A DNA stretch of 64,000 nucleotides from the NCBI GenBank assembly GCA_965215505.1, contig OZ244065.1, forward strand, positions 2,944,001 to 3,008,000, written 5' to 3'. The translations under genes were made by a program, and so were the position numbers. The notes under the pieces are model-generated. The model was not told the DNA's origin, searched no databases, and was given only the letters and a program-made list of their open reading frames with translations. This DNA is from Capsulimonadaceae bacterium. Lineage in GTDB: Bacteria; Armatimonadota; Armatimonadia; Armatimonadales; Capsulimonadaceae. Below, piece after piece: positions 27,850 to 37,903 of this stretch (the stretch's first letter is position 1; every line of letters begins with the position of its first letter).

Positions 27850-28365
27850 TCATTCCAACAAACGGTAGAACAGTTGCGTAGTTTCCAGCACACCGTCGCT
27901 GCTCAACGCATATTGCGGAATGGCACCCGCGCGCTGGTAGCCGAGCTGAACATACAGACTCGCGGCGTCATTCCCGGACGTGTCCAGCACCAGGAGCGTC
28001 CGCCCCGCGTCGCGAGCGGCCACTTCCACGGCGGCCAGGAGTGCCTTGGCGATGCCCCGTCGGCGATGGGCGGTGTGAACAAACAACTTCTGCACTTCGG
28101 CGCGGTGACGACCGTTGGGCGGAGTGTCGAGTCCGAGCTGAACCGCCCCTAGAACTTCATCGCCCTCACGCATTGCCAGCAGGATGCGGGTCCCCTCGTG
28201 GACGCTCACAAGAACCTGCTCCCAGTACCGCTCGGCGTCTTCGGCGGGCAGCGGAGCCAGGAACCCGACCGAAGCCCCGCCGTGTACGGCGTCCTGTAAG
28301 AGACGGACGAGGAAATGAACGAGGTGCCGCGCGGTAGGGCCTTCAAGATGCTCGACGGGTGCCAT
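27850..28365 (-). CDS. GNAT family N-acetyltransferase
   Basis: HRAEVQKLFVHTAHRRRGIA, LLVLDT. Confidence 0.88.
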   Translation of the reverse strand: MAPVEHLEGPTARHLVHFLVRLLQDAVHGGASVGFLAPLPAEDAERYWEQVLVSVHEGTRILLAMREGDEVLGAVQLGLDTPPNGRHRAEVQKLFVHTAHRRRGIAKALLAAVEVAARDAGRTLLVLDTSGNDAASLYVQLGYQRAGAIPQYALSSDGVLETTQLFYRLLE

Positions 28366-28375
28366 TCATGGGTCC

Positions 28376-29674
28376 CTACGGGGCAGCCTCCGCCCGGTGT
28401 CCGATGTCGGTGCGGTAGTGCATATGGTCGAAGCTGAGGTTCTTGACGGCGGCGTAGGCCCGCGCCCGCGCCTGCGTGAAGTCGTCGCCCAGGGCGGTCA
28501 CGCCCAGGACGCGCCCGCCGGCCGTGACGACCCGGCCCTCGGCATCGAACCGCGTCCCGGCGTGGAAGGCGACGACGTCTGACAGGTGCGCGACCTGTTC
28601 CAGGCCGTCAATCGGCAGGCCCGTGGCATACGCGCCTGGGTAGCCGCCCGAGGCGAGGACGACGCAGACGGCGCTCTGCGGCTTCCATACCACCTCGACT
28701 TCGTCCAGGTGTGCGTCGGTGACGCCCAGCAGGATGTCCACCAGGTCCGTTTCCAGCAGGGGCAGGACGACCTGAGTTTCGGGGTCGCCGAAGCGGCAGT
28801 TGAACTCCAGAGTCTTGAGCGAGCCGTCTTTGGTGATCATGATGCCCGCGTACAGCACGCCCTTGTAGGGGATGCCGGACTCGCGGATGGCTTCCACGGC
28901 GGGCCGCAGGATCTGGTCTACGGCCTGCTGGTACAGGGCGGGCGTGACGACCGGAACAGGCGAATAGCAGCCCATGCCCCCAGTGTTGGGGCCGAGGTCG
29001 CCGTCCAGAGCGCGCTTGTGGTCCTGGACCGGAACCATGGGGATGATGGTGGTGCCGTCGGTGAAGGCCATCAGCGAGGCCTCTTCGCCCTCCAAAAACT
29101 CCTCCACGACCACAGTATCACCGGACGCGCCGAAGACGCGCTCGCGCATGATCTGCGACAGCGCCTCCTGCGCCTCGGCCTCGGTGCGGCAGATGAAAAC
29201 GCCCTTGCCCGCCGCCTCGCCGTCGGCCTTGACGACCAGGGGCGCGTCGGCCTGCGCCTGGAAGTGGGTGCGGACGTAGTAGGAGGCGGCTTCGTGCGAG
29301 GTGAACGTGGCGAAGTAGGCGGTCGGGATGTTGTAGCGCAGCATCAGCCCTTTGGCGTAGGCCTTGGAGCCTTCGAGCAGGGCCGGCTCGCGGGCCGGGC
29401 CGAAGATGCGGAGGCCGCGCTGCTCGAACTGGTCCACGATGCCGGCGATGAGCGGCACTTCCGGCCCGACCACGGTCAGGTCAATGCCGTTCTCGACGGC
29501 GAACTGGAGCAGACCGTCGCCGTCGGTGATCGCCAGCGGCACGCACTCGGCCAGATTCGCGATCCCGGCGTTGCCCGGCGCGCAGAAGAGCCGGCTCACC
29601 TGCGGACTCTGCGCCAGCTTCCAGACCAGAGCGTGTTCGCGCCCCCCGCCGCCGATCACCAGAACTTTCAGCAT
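28376..29674 (-). CDS. purD: Phosphoribosylamine--glycine ligase
   Basis: GGGGREHAL, GPNTGGMG, EFNCRFGDPETQ. Confidence 0.97.
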   Translation of the reverse strand: MLKVLVIGGGGREHALVWKLAQSPQVSRLFCAPGNAGIANLAECVPLAITDGDGLLQFAVENGIDLTVVGPEVPLIAGIVDQFEQRGLRIFGPAREPALLEGSKAYAKGLMLRYNIPTAYFATFTSHEAASYYVRTHFQAQADAPLVVKADGEAAGKGVFICRTEAEAQEALSQIMRERVFGASGDTVVVEEFLEGEEASLMAFTDGTTIIPMVPVQDHKRALDGDLGPNTGGMGCYSPVPVVTPALYQQAVDQILRPAVEAIRESGIPYKGVLYAGIMITKDGSLKTLEFNCRFGDPETQVVLPLLETDLVDILLGVTDAHLDEVEVVWKPQSAVCVVLASGGYPGAYATGLPIDGLEQVAHLSDVVAFHAGTRFDAEGRVVTAGGRVLGVTALGDDFTQARARAYAAVKNLSFDHMHYRTDIGHRAEAAP

Positions 29675-29699
29675 CCGTTCTCTTCTCTCCTGAATCTCC

Positions 29700-31205
29700 C
29701 TAGAACCCGGTCGGCTCGTCCGTGCGCGTCAGATCGAGGTCCACGAATTTTGCGAACTGAGGTAAAAATCCGACCTTGACCATGCCGGTCGGCCCGTTGC
29801 GGTGCTTGCCGACGATGATCTCCGTCTCCTCCATCTCCGCCATCTCGGGCCGCTCCCCGCCCTCGACGTTGAAGGCTTCCTTCATCTTATAGTATGCCTC
29901 GCGGTACAGGAAACAGACCATGTCGGCCTCGGCCTCGATGGACCCCGATTCTCGAAGATCTGAGAGCATGGGCCGCTTGTTCTCGCGGCTCTCGACGGCG
30001 CGCGAGAGCTGGGACAGGGCGACGACAGGGACTTTCAGTTCACGGCCCAAGGACTTCAGGCCGCGCGCGATCTCGCCGATTTCCTGGACGCGGTTCTCCG
30101 TTTTACGGTGGGAACGCATGAGCTGGAGGTAGTCCACGATGATCAGCCCCAGGCCGTTATGCTCGGCCATCAGGCGGCGGCACTTGGCGCGCATGGTCAA
30201 GGCAGACGTGTCGGTGGCATCATCAATGAAGATGGGGGCCTCGTACATGTTCTGGACGACCTCGGCCAGTTTGGTCCATTCGTCCTCGTTCAGGTGGCCG
30301 GTCCTGAGTTTGTGCGAGTTTACCTGTGCCTGGGAGCAGAGCATCCGCAGGGCGAGCTGTTCCTTGGACATTTCCAGCGAGAAGATCGCGACCGGCTTGT
30401 GTTCCTTGATGGCGACGTGTTCGGCTATCGATAGACACAACGAAGTTTTTCCCATGCTCGGCCGGGCTGCCACAATGATCAGGTCCGTGTTTTGCAGGCC
30501 CGACGTGATCATGTCGAAGTCGTGGATGCCGGTAGACAGGCCGGAGATGCGGGACTTCATCTCGCTGAGTTCTTCGGCCTTGTCGTAGACCGAGAGCAGC
30601 AGGGTCCGCAGGGGGGAGAAGTAGGCGACGGCGCGCTGCTGGGAGACGCTGAAGATGGACCGCTCGGCCTCGTCCAGCACCTCGCTGACGTCTTCCACCT
30701 CGCCGCGCGCCGACCCGATGATCTCCAGGGAGGCGGAGATCAGGCGGCGCAGGGTGGCCTTTTCTTCGACGATCTTGGCGTAGTATTCGACGTTGGCCGC
30801 CGTCGGGACGGTGTCGAAGAGGGCGGCGAGGTAGGCCATGCCGCCGATGGCGTCCAGTTGGTCGCGGTTCTTGAGTTCGTTGGGGACCGTCACCAGGTCA
30901 ATCGGCTCGTCGCGCTCGGCGAGGAAGGTGATGACGTCGAAAAGGGTCTGGTGGTTTTCGCGGTAGAAGTCTTCCTTGTCCAGAATCTCGAAGACTTTTT
31001 CGACGGCCGTGCGCTCGATCAGCATCGCGCCCAATGTGGACTGTTCTGCTTCGATGGAGTGCGGCGGGACGTAGGCGCCCAGCGGCCCGCCGCCGCTGCC
31101 GCCGAAGGCGTTGCCTCCGTTGTAGCCGCCATTGCCGTTGCCGTTGCCGTTGCCGCCGTTATAGCCGCCGGGGCGGCCTGATTTGTAGTCGCTGCGTTCA
31201 GGCAT
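29700..31205 (-). CDS. dnaB: Replicative DNA helicase
   Basis: PPHSIEAEQ, AARPSMGKT, VDYLQL, SDLRESGSIE, KHRNGPTG. Confidence 0.97.
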   Translation of the reverse strand: MPERSDYKSGRPGGYNGGNGNGNGNGGYNGGNAFGGSGGGPLGAYVPPHSIEAEQSTLGAMLIERTAVEKVFEILDKEDFYRENHQTLFDVITFLAERDEPIDLVTVPNELKNRDQLDAIGGMAYLAALFDTVPTAANVEYYAKIVEEKATLRRLISASLEIIGSARGEVEDVSEVLDEAERSIFSVSQQRAVAYFSPLRTLLLSVYDKAEELSEMKSRISGLSTGIHDFDMITSGLQNTDLIIVAARPSMGKTSLCLSIAEHVAIKEHKPVAIFSLEMSKEQLALRMLCSQAQVNSHKLRTGHLNEDEWTKLAEVVQNMYEAPIFIDDATDTSALTMRAKCRRLMAEHNGLGLIIVDYLQLMRSHRKTENRVQEIGEIARGLKSLGRELKVPVVALSQLSRAVESRENKRPMLSDLRESGSIEAEADMVCFLYREAYYKMKEAFNVEGGERPEMAEMEETEIIVGKHRNGPTGMVKVGFLPQFAKFVDLDLTRTDEPTGF

Positions 31206-31261
31206 GGGGAAAGTCCGGGGCGCGTCTCAGTGAAAGAGCGCGCGCCCCGTGTCGGGAGGGC

Positions 31262-31708
31262 CTATTCGGCGATGACGGCGACTTTGAGGGGGACGGTGAC
31301 GTCGCGGTGCAGCTTGATGGGCACGTCGTACTCGCCAACGGCCTTGATGGGGTCCAGAAGGCCGACCTTGCGCTTGTCCAGCTTGACGTTCAGGTCGCGC
31401 TCGACGGCCTCGGCGATGTCTCCGGCCGTGATGCGGCCGTAGAGGCGGCTGTTCTGGCCGGCCTTGACGGTGAGGGTGATGGTCTTCTCGTTAAGCATCT
31501 CCGCCGTGCGGTCGGCGTCGGAGCGCATCCGCTCGGTGCGGCGCTCTTCCAGGGCGTGTTTGGTCTGGAGGTTCTTGAGCGCCCCCCCGGCGGCCTCGAT
31601 GGCGAGCTTGCGGGGGTAAAGGTAATTACGGGCATAGCCGTCGGCGACGGTGACGACTTCCCCCTGCTTGCCCTGGTTGGCGATGTCTTGCAGCAGTATG
31701 ACTTTCAT
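31262..31708 (-). CDS. rplI: 50S ribosomal protein L9
   Basis: MKVILL, DGYARNYLYP; AGGA RBS; start 31708. Confidence 0.97.
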   Translation of the reverse strand: MKVILLQDIANQGKQGEVVTVADGYARNYLYPRKLAIEAAGGALKNLQTKHALEERRTERMRSDADRTAEMLNEKTITLTVKAGQNSRLYGRITAGDIAEAVERDLNVKLDKRKVGLLDPIKAVGEYDVPIKLHRDVTVPLKVAVIAE

Positions 31709-31746
31709 GGTGCGTTCTTCCTTTGCGTGTGTAGTAATGATAGTCC

Positions 31747-31899
31747 GCCACGGGTTGAAACCCGAGGCTCCGAAGTGTCCACCGTCGAAGCGACGTGAGA
31801 CATGAACAGGAGGGCGGGGGGACCCCGCCCCTGCAAAACCTGGCCTCTTGCGTCCCGTGGACGCTGGGCTTTTCTCAGCCCCGGGTTTCAACCCGTGGC
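31747..31899. repeat. REPIN/MITE-like element, family A copy 1
   Basis: 23-bp TIR gccacgggttgaaacccgaggct / agccccgggtttcaacccgtggc; internal hairpin at ~31812-31834; homologous to 53738-54014. Confidence 0.85.
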
Positions 31900-31900
31900 C

Positions 31901-33451
31901 TCATTTCGACTGCCGGTATTCCAGCCCGAACAGGGTGCCGGCGTGGCGGTTCAGGCTTTCGCCGCCGACGACCAGGCCGAGTTCGGGGGCCAGCATCAGG
32001 ACGCCCTTGGCGTCCACATGGTAGTTGTTCGGGTCGTAGACGTCAAGCGACAGTGTCGTGCGCCGCCCCAGGCCGATGTCGCCGCCGAGCGAGAGCTTGG
32101 AGGCGTAGAAGCCCGCGCGGACGTCCGTTTTGCCGTCCGCCCCCAACCCGCGCCCGCCCTCCAGAATCAGCTTGTTCGCGCCCCCAAAATCGTAGATCCC
32201 CGCCCGCGCGAAGGTGACGGGCGCGACGCTGAGTGGCACGAGCGCGTCAATGTCGGTGCGGAAGCGCCGCTGTCGCGTGTTGACGACCGCGTCCACGCGC
32301 GGCAGGTAGTACGGGGCACCCAGGGCCGGCGCGGGCGTCGGGTTGACGGTCGGCACCCCGCCCGGCACGATCACGGTGGGTCCGCCGGGGACGACGACGG
32401 CGGCCGTCTTGGAGCGGACGCCCGCCAGCTTGTTCAGCCGCTCCAGGAGCAGATTCGCCTGCGCGCTGCTGGCGGCGATGTTGGCGACAGTCTCGCGCAG
32501 GTTGCTCTGCACCTTCGGGTCGCCGGTCAGCGACTGGAAGTTGCCCGCGATGGCGTTGAACTTGGCCGTGGTCTGCGCCAGGTTGTCGGTGGTCGTCTTC
32601 AGGTTGGCGACGGCGGCCTGGAGGTTGCCGCCCTTCAGCGATGCGTTCGCCTGCCCGGTGATGCCCGCGACCGACGAGGTCGTGTCGTTCAGGTTATGCA
32701 CGATGGCGGCGATCTGGCTCTTGTTGTCGCGCGTGATGTCCCGGATCGAGGCCGTGGTGGCGGCGATGTTGTCCAGCGAAACCTGCGCCCCAGACCCCGT
32801 CTGCCGCAGCAGGCCCTGTAGCTGGGCGTTGTCCGCGACGAGCAGGCCGTTGAGCTTGTCGGTCAGCTTCAGCCCGTTGGCTGAGGCGGCGTTGATGTTG
32901 CCCACGGTCTGCACCAACCCGCCCCGGATTTTCGGGTCGCCGGCCAGTTCGGTGACCTTGTCCAGCAGGAGGTCGGCCTTCTTGGCCGTCTGCGTGAGCT
33001 GGTCGAGCAGCACGGTCGCCTTGCCGAAGGAGGCCGTCAGGTCGCCCGACTGTTCGCCCTTCAGGTCCTCGCCCTCCCGGACGGTGTCACCGGGCCGCTT
33101 GTAGGCGTCGGCGGGCGGAGTGACGACGACGGTCCCACTCGTCCCGAGCAGGGGCGTGGTGATCGTGAACTGCGAGCCGTGCGGGATGGCGTACTCTTTT
33201 TTCACCTGGATCTTCAGGTCGGCCTTCTGGGCGGCGGTCAGCCTGACGCGCTCCACCTTGCCGATCTGCACCCCGGCCAGAGTTACCGGCGTGTCCGCCG
33301 TCACCCCCTTGGCATCGTCGAACAGGACGTCGAACGAGTAGGTGTTATTCGCCGCCAGTGTGCCGCGCAGAAAAAAGAACATGCCCGCGAAGAGGGCGAT
33401 CGCCAGCACGAACACCACGCCCACACCGCCCGCGTTTCCCAGAGTCCTCAT
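31901..33451 (-). CDS. mlaD: MlaD/MCE family protein with long helical region and beta-rich C-terminus
   Basis: FDDAKGV...VTLAGVQIGKV, PLLG MCE signature. Confidence 0.85.
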   Translation of the reverse strand: MRTLGNAGGVGVVFVLAIALFAGMFFFLRGTLAANNTYSFDVLFDDAKGVTADTPVTLAGVQIGKVERVRLTAAQKADLKIQVKKEYAIPHGSQFTITTPLLGTSGTVVVTPPADAYKRPGDTVREGEDLKGEQSGDLTASFGKATVLLDQLTQTAKKADLLLDKVTELAGDPKIRGGLVQTVGNINAASANGLKLTDKLNGLLVADNAQLQGLLRQTGSGAQVSLDNIAATTASIRDITRDNKSQIAAIVHNLNDTTSSVAGITGQANASLKGGNLQAAVANLKTTTDNLAQTTAKFNAIAGNFQSLTGDPKVQSNLRETVANIAASSAQANLLLERLNKLAGVRSKTAAVVVPGGPTVIVPGGVPTVNPTPAPALGAPYYLPRVDAVVNTRQRRFRTDIDALVPLSVAPVTFARAGIYDFGGANKLILEGGRGLGADGKTDVRAGFYASKLSLGGDIGLGRRTTLSLDVYDPNNYHVDAKGVLMLAPELGLVVGGESLNRHAGTLFGLEYRQSK

Positions 33452-33482
33452 AACACCTCAAATCGGCTCCGCCAAATTGACC

Positions 33483-34298
33483 CTACCGGCGCGCGACGTC
33501 AATCGGCCCGTGCGAGCGGCCCTCGATGAACTGGCGGACGATCGGGTCCTCGCACGCCTGGATCTCCTGCGGCGTGCCGGTGGCGAGGACACGCCCGTCG
33601 TGGATCATGGCGATCTTGTCGCTGATCCGGAAGATGCTCGGCAGGTTGTGCGAGACGACGATGCTGGTGACGCCCAGCTTGTCGCGCATCTGCATGATCA
33701 GCTCGTCCACGACGCTCGCGATCACCGGGTCAAGCCCCGAGGTCGGCTCGTCGTAAAGCAAAATCTCCGGCGACATGGCGATGGCCCGCGCCAGGCCCAC
33801 CCGCTTCGCCATGCCGCCCGAGAGCTGCGAGGGGTACATCGCCTCAGTGCCGGGCAGACCGACCAGGGTGAGCTTCTCGGCGACGATCTTCTTGATCTCG
33901 TCGGCGGGCAGCCTGCGCCGCCGCCGCAGGCCGAAGGCGACGTTTTCGAATACGGTCAGCGAATCGAACAGGGCGGCGTACTGGAACACCATGCCCATGC
34001 GCTCGCGGACGCGGTTCAGCTCGTTCTCGCGCATCCCGACGATCTGGGCGTCCCCGATCCGTATCTCGCCGCTCGTCGGCGCGGTCAGGCCGCCCATGCA
34101 GTGGAGTACGGTGGTCTTGCCGGACCCGGACATGCCCATGACGCTCAGGATCTCGCCCGGCCCGACGCCCAGTGTGACGCCCTTCAGGATCTGCTTGCCG
34201 GGCACTTCAAAGCGCAGATTGTTGACCTCGATCCAGGCCGGTTCGTGCCAGCCGGCCTCGTCCCGCGCGTCCGCTTCAGTTGTCGCCGCGTCCGTCAA
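33483..34298 (-). CDS. mlaF: MlaF-like ABC ATP-binding protein
   Basis: GMSGSGKT, LSGGMAKRVGLARA, LYDEPTSGLDP; TTG start overlaps the permease stop. Confidence 0.88.
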   Translation of the reverse strand: MTDAATTEADARDEAGWHEPAWIEVNNLRFEVPGKQILKGVTLGVGPGEILSVMGMSGSGKTTVLHCMGGLTAPTSGEIRIGDAQIVGMRENELNRVRERMGMVFQYAALFDSLTVFENVAFGLRRRRRLPADEIKKIVAEKLTLVGLPGTEAMYPSQLSGGMAKRVGLARAIAMSPEILLYDEPTSGLDPVIASVVDELIMQMRDKLGVTSIVVSHNLPSIFRISDKIAMIHDGRVLATGTPQEIQACEDPIVRQFIEGRSHGPIDVARR

Positions 34299-35131
34299 AG
34301 CGAAGTCACCTGGCTGAACATGAAGTACGTCATGATGAAGTTCGCGATGTAGATCAGCACGATGGACAGCACGACCGCGTTGGTCGTCGCCCGCCCCACC
34401 TCGGTGGCCCCGCCGCGCGTCGCCAGACCCTGGTGGCAGCCGACCAGGGTGATGATCAGGCCGAACACGACCGTCTTCAGGATGCCTTTGATGAAGTCCG
34501 ACGGGTCCAGGAAGTCCTTCATCGAGTTCAAATAGGTCGTCGGCAGTACGCCCTCCGAGTTCGAGAGCAGATAGCCGCCGCCGATGCCCGCCGCATCGGC
34601 CAGCGCGCAGACCAGCGGCACCATGATGACGGCGGCCAGGATGCGCGGCACGACCAGGTATTGGATCGGGCTGACGGCCAGGGCGCGCAGGGCGTCTATC
34701 TGCTCGGTCACCTTCATCGTGCCCAGCTCGGCGGCGATGGCCGACCCGGCGCGGGCCGCGACGACCACGCCGGTCAGGACCGGCCCAAGCTCCCGTGCGA
34801 TGGCGAGCGCGACGACCGCGCCTGTAAAACCTTCCGCCCCGTACTGCTTCAGGAACGGCGCAAAATAGAGCGCCAGAACCGCCCCGGACGTGGAGGACGT
34901 TAGCAGGGCGATGGCGACAGAGTTTACGCCGAGCGACGACATCTGCTCCATCAGGTCGCGGACGTCTATGCCGCCGCGCAGGGCTTTGATCGCCCGCCCG
35001 AGCAGGATCAGGATCTCGCCCAGATAGACGAACACGGCCACGAACGGGTTCAGGATCGCCTTGAGCGTCGCCTCGCCCAAGGGCGCAGGGGCCACCGCCG
35101 GGGCGGGCGCTGCCGTGGTTTGGTTTGCCAT
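34295..35131 (-). CDS. mlaE: MlaE-like ABC permease
   Basis: RELGPVLT, AELGTMKVTEQIDAL, VGRATTNAVV. Confidence 0.92.
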   Translation of the reverse strand: MANQTTAAPAPAVAPAPLGEATLKAILNPFVAVFVYLGEILILLGRAIKALRGGIDVRDLMEQMSSLGVNSVAIALLTSSTSGAVLALYFAPFLKQYGAEGFTGAVVALAIARELGPVLTGVVVAARAGSAIAAELGTMKVTEQIDALRALAVSPIQYLVVPRILAAVIMVPLVCALADAAGIGGGYLLSNSEGVLPTTYLNSMKDFLDPSDFIKGILKTVVFGLIITLVGCHQGLATRGGATEVGRATTNAVVLSIVLIYIANFIMTYFMFSQVTSL

Positions 35132-35162
35132 AAGAAGCAGTAACGGGCCGAGACGAGCCGGG

Positions 35163-35300
35163 CGAGTGAATGAATTCACTCGCTGACATCGGATTTGTCC
35201 AAGAGACAATGGAGAGGGATGAGGCCCGACGGCCTCCCGTCTCTGTCACCTCTTCTGTCCCCTGGACAGGTTCCGGTCAGCGAGTGAATTCATTCACTCG
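35163..35300. repeat. REPIN/MITE-like element, family B copy 1
   Basis: Perfect 25-bp IR cgagtgaatgaattcactcgctgac / gtcagcgagtgaattcattcactcg; core ggatttgtcc...ctcttctgtcccctggacagg shared with 43921-44138. Confidence 0.85.
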
Positions 35301-35456
35301 TGCCGCCACCGTTCCGCGCCGCGCGTGCGGACGAGCGGGCCGAAATCCGCTACAGTATACTGGTAAACGGGGGCCTAAGTCAAGGCGGAGGCCGAGCCGC
35401 CGGGGCACAGCAGCGGGCAGGCAGGAATCGCGCGCCTTGAAGTGGAACTGTCCGCC

Positions 35457-36047
35457 ATGCTGACTAATGATGAAGTGCTACAGATTTTCCGCGACTCCGG
35501 CGCGCTGCTGGAGGGCCATTTCCTGCTGGCTTCGGGCTACCACAGCGCCGTCTATTTGGAGAAGTTCCAGGTCCTCCAGTTCCCGCGCTACGTCGAAACG
35601 CTCTGCAAGGACATCGCCGAGCGGTTCGCGGGGGACGAGGTGCAGGTGGTGATCGGGCCGACGACGGGCGGCGTCCTGCTGGCCTACGAGGTCGCCAAAA
35701 ATTTAGGGGTGCGCGGCATCTTCGCCGAGCGCGGCGACGACGGGCAGGGCCGGGTCCTGCGCCGGGGCTTCGAGATCAAGGAGGGCGAGAACGTCCTGCT
35801 GGTGGACGACATCCTGACGACCGGCGGCAGCGTCCGGGACACGATGCAGGTGGTGGAAGGCTACCAGGGGAACCTCGTCGGCGTCGCCGTGCTGGCCGAC
35901 CGCAGCGGCGGGGCGGTGGACTTCGGCGTCCCGCTTGAAGCCCTGCTGCGCCTGGACGTGGAGAAGTTCGCCCCCGACGCTCTCCCCGACTGGCTGGCGG
36001 CCATCCCGCTGACGGAGCGGGGTAGTACGCACCACTTGAAGGCATAG
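35457..36047 (+). CDS. pyrE: Orotate phosphoribosyltransferase
   Basis: GHFLLASGYHS, LLVDDILTTGGS. Confidence 0.95.
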   Translation: MLTNDEVLQIFRDSGALLEGHFLLASGYHSAVYLEKFQVLQFPRYVETLCKDIAERFAGDEVQVVIGPTTGGVLLAYEVAKNLGVRGIFAERGDDGQGRVLRRGFEIKEGENVLLVDDILTTGGSVRDTMQVVEGYQGNLVGVAVLADRSGGAVDFGVPLEALLRLDVEKFAPDALPDWLAAIPLTERGSTHHLKA

Positions 36048-36069
36048 CAGCGATTCGTAAACACCGACG

Positions 36070-36282
36070 ATGCCCCTCAAAAGGAAGCTGTTACTGACTG
36101 CGCTCATCATCTCGGTAGGCGTAGGGTTGTATTGCTCGTTCTGGTTCTTTCTGTACGCGTGGGCGGAGAATGGGCCAGGTTACCATCTGGACCGAACGCC
36201 CGGCGACCGCTATTTCCGGCTGGCTGCCGCCGACTGGCTGCTGGTCGTCCTGCCGCTTTTCTGGCTATTGAAACATCGGTAG
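36070..36282 (+). CDS. Small hypothetical membrane protein
   Basis: Two hydrophobic segments; fills the gap between co-oriented genes. Confidence 0.45.
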   Translation: MPLKRKLLLTALIISVGVGLYCSFWFFLYAWAENGPGYHLDRTPGDRYFRLAAADWLLVVLPLFWLLKHR

Positions 36283-36310
36283 CCCCCGGATGCATCTCGC
36301 AAAGGCCCAC

Positions 36311-37429
36311 ATGACGCTGCCTGAACAACCTTCTGCCGAACTGCTGCCGACACCAGCTAACGACATCGAGCCGCTTTATGAGCGCATCCACGCCATCCTG
36401 ACTTCGGCCCGCACGAACGCCGTGCGGACCGTCAACACGGAGATGGTGCGCGCCTACTGGCTCATCGGGCGTGAGATCGTGGAGGAGGAACAGGCAGGAC
36501 AGGCGCGGGCGGCCTACGGCGGGGACGTGATCGCGCAGATTTCAGCCCGCTTGCAGGCGGGGTTTGGCAAGGGTTTCACCCAAACCAACATCAAGTACAT
36601 GCGCCTTTTTTACCTTGCTTACCCACGACTTTTGGATGCCGATCAGATTCGTCACGCAGTGCGTGACGAATTCAAGACCACCGGAATTCTGAACCCAAAC
36701 CTTTCCTGGACGCACTTCCGACTGCTGACCCGCATCACGTCCCCCCACGCGCGCTCCTTCTATGAGCTCGAAGCCGACAGCAACCGCTGGTCGTCGCGTG
36801 AGCTAGAGCGCCAGATCAGCAGCATGCTGTTTGAGCGGCTGGCACTGAGCCGCGACAAGCAAGGGCTGATGGCATTAGCGACCCAGGGGCAGGAAATCCA
36901 AACGCCCGAGGACGCCACCAAGGACCCGGTCGTTCTGGAGTTCCTTGGCCTGCCCGAATCATCCCGCCTGGTGGAGTCGGACTTGGAAGAAGCCTTGCTG
37001 ACCAACTTGCAGGCGTTCCTCCTGGAAATGGGCAAGGGGTTCGCCTTTGTCGCCCGGCAGCAGCGGCTCACGCTGGACGGCGACCACTTCTATGTGGACC
37101 TCGTTTTCTATCACGCGGTCTTGAAGTGCTACGTCCTCGTTGACCTCAAAACGGGCAAGCTCACCCACAGCGACATGGGGCAGATGCAATTCTACGTCAA
37201 CTACTACGACGCCGAGCGGCGCACGGAGGGTGATAACGCGACCATAGGCTTGATCCTGTGCGCCGACAAAAACGACGCGGTCGTCCGGTACACGCTCGAC
37301 AAGGCGAACGCGCAGGTGTTCGCCAGCCGCTACCAATTGCACCTCCCGAGTGAGCAGGAACTCGCGGAAGAACTGCGGCGGGAACTGCGGCGGACACGCC
37401 CCCTGGAAGAAAAGAAGCAAGCAACATGA
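36311..37429 (+). CDS. yhcG: YhcG/DUF1016 PD-(D/E)XK nuclease-domain protein, copy 2 (alternative start 36290)
   Basis: YWLIGREIVEEEQ, LSWTHF, KDPVVLEFL, DLVFYH, IGLILCA. Confidence 0.92.
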   Translation: MTLPEQPSAELLPTPANDIEPLYERIHAILTSARTNAVRTVNTEMVRAYWLIGREIVEEEQAGQARAAYGGDVIAQISARLQAGFGKGFTQTNIKYMRLFYLAYPRLLDADQIRHAVRDEFKTTGILNPNLSWTHFRLLTRITSPHARSFYELEADSNRWSSRELERQISSMLFERLALSRDKQGLMALATQGQEIQTPEDATKDPVVLEFLGLPESSRLVESDLEEALLTNLQAFLLEMGKGFAFVARQQRLTLDGDHFYVDLVFYHAVLKCYVLVDLKTGKLTHSDMGQMQFYVNYYDAERRTEGDNATIGLILCADKNDAVVRYTLDKANAQVFASRYQLHLPSEQELAEELRRELRRTRPLEEKKQAT

Positions 37430-37893
37430 AACAGAAAAACCTACTGACGATCACCCTCCTCGGCGGCGCGCTGGCCGGGACCCTCCTCGGCCTGGGTGCG
37501 ACGCGCCTGACGCCTTCGGCCCACGCCGCGCCCGTGAAAGAAACCACCGCGCCGGCATCTGGGTCGCTGGCGGACCAGATTTCGGGGAAGGCGTTCCCGC
37601 TGTCGCTGCCCGCCGAGAAGATCGACTCGAATTACCACCTGATCGGCCTGGTGGACGCGCAGGGCAAACCGGCCCAGATCGCCACGCGCGGCGACACGAC
37701 CGTCATGGGCGGCGAGACGTTCCTGGTCTGCTACGACGTGCCGGTGACGGACGCGAAGACGCGCCCGCCGCAGCCGAAGGCGGGGGCGACCGGGACGCTC
37801 ATCTATGTCAACCTGCGGATGGTGCAGGCGATGGGCGGCATCATCCCCATCGCGCCTGCCGAGACGGTCGCGCCCGCCGCCGCACCGCTCTAG
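37426..37893 (+). CDS. Hypothetical secreted protein
   Basis: Signal peptide ending AHA; ATGA overlap. Confidence 0.7.
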   Translation: MKQKNLLTITLLGGALAGTLLGLGATRLTPSAHAAPVKETTAPASGSLADQISGKAFPLSLPAEKIDSNYHLIGLVDAQGKPAQIATRGDTTVMGGETFLVCYDVPVTDAKTRPPQPKAGATGTLIYVNLRMVQAMGGIIPIAPAETVAPAAAPL

Positions 37894-37903
37894 AAAGCCT
37901 GCT

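Noticed and set aside
29700-31205. Intein in dnaB
   Set aside because: Length and motif spacing are continuous with no insertion
31709-31891. N-terminal extension of ribosomal protein L9
   Set aside because: Largely translation through the REPIN; the canonical MKVILL start has its own RBS
33483-35249. 588-aa extended ABC ATPase or MlaE-MlaF fusion
   Set aside because: The upstream part is an off-frame read of mlaE; the ATPase most likely starts at TTG 34298
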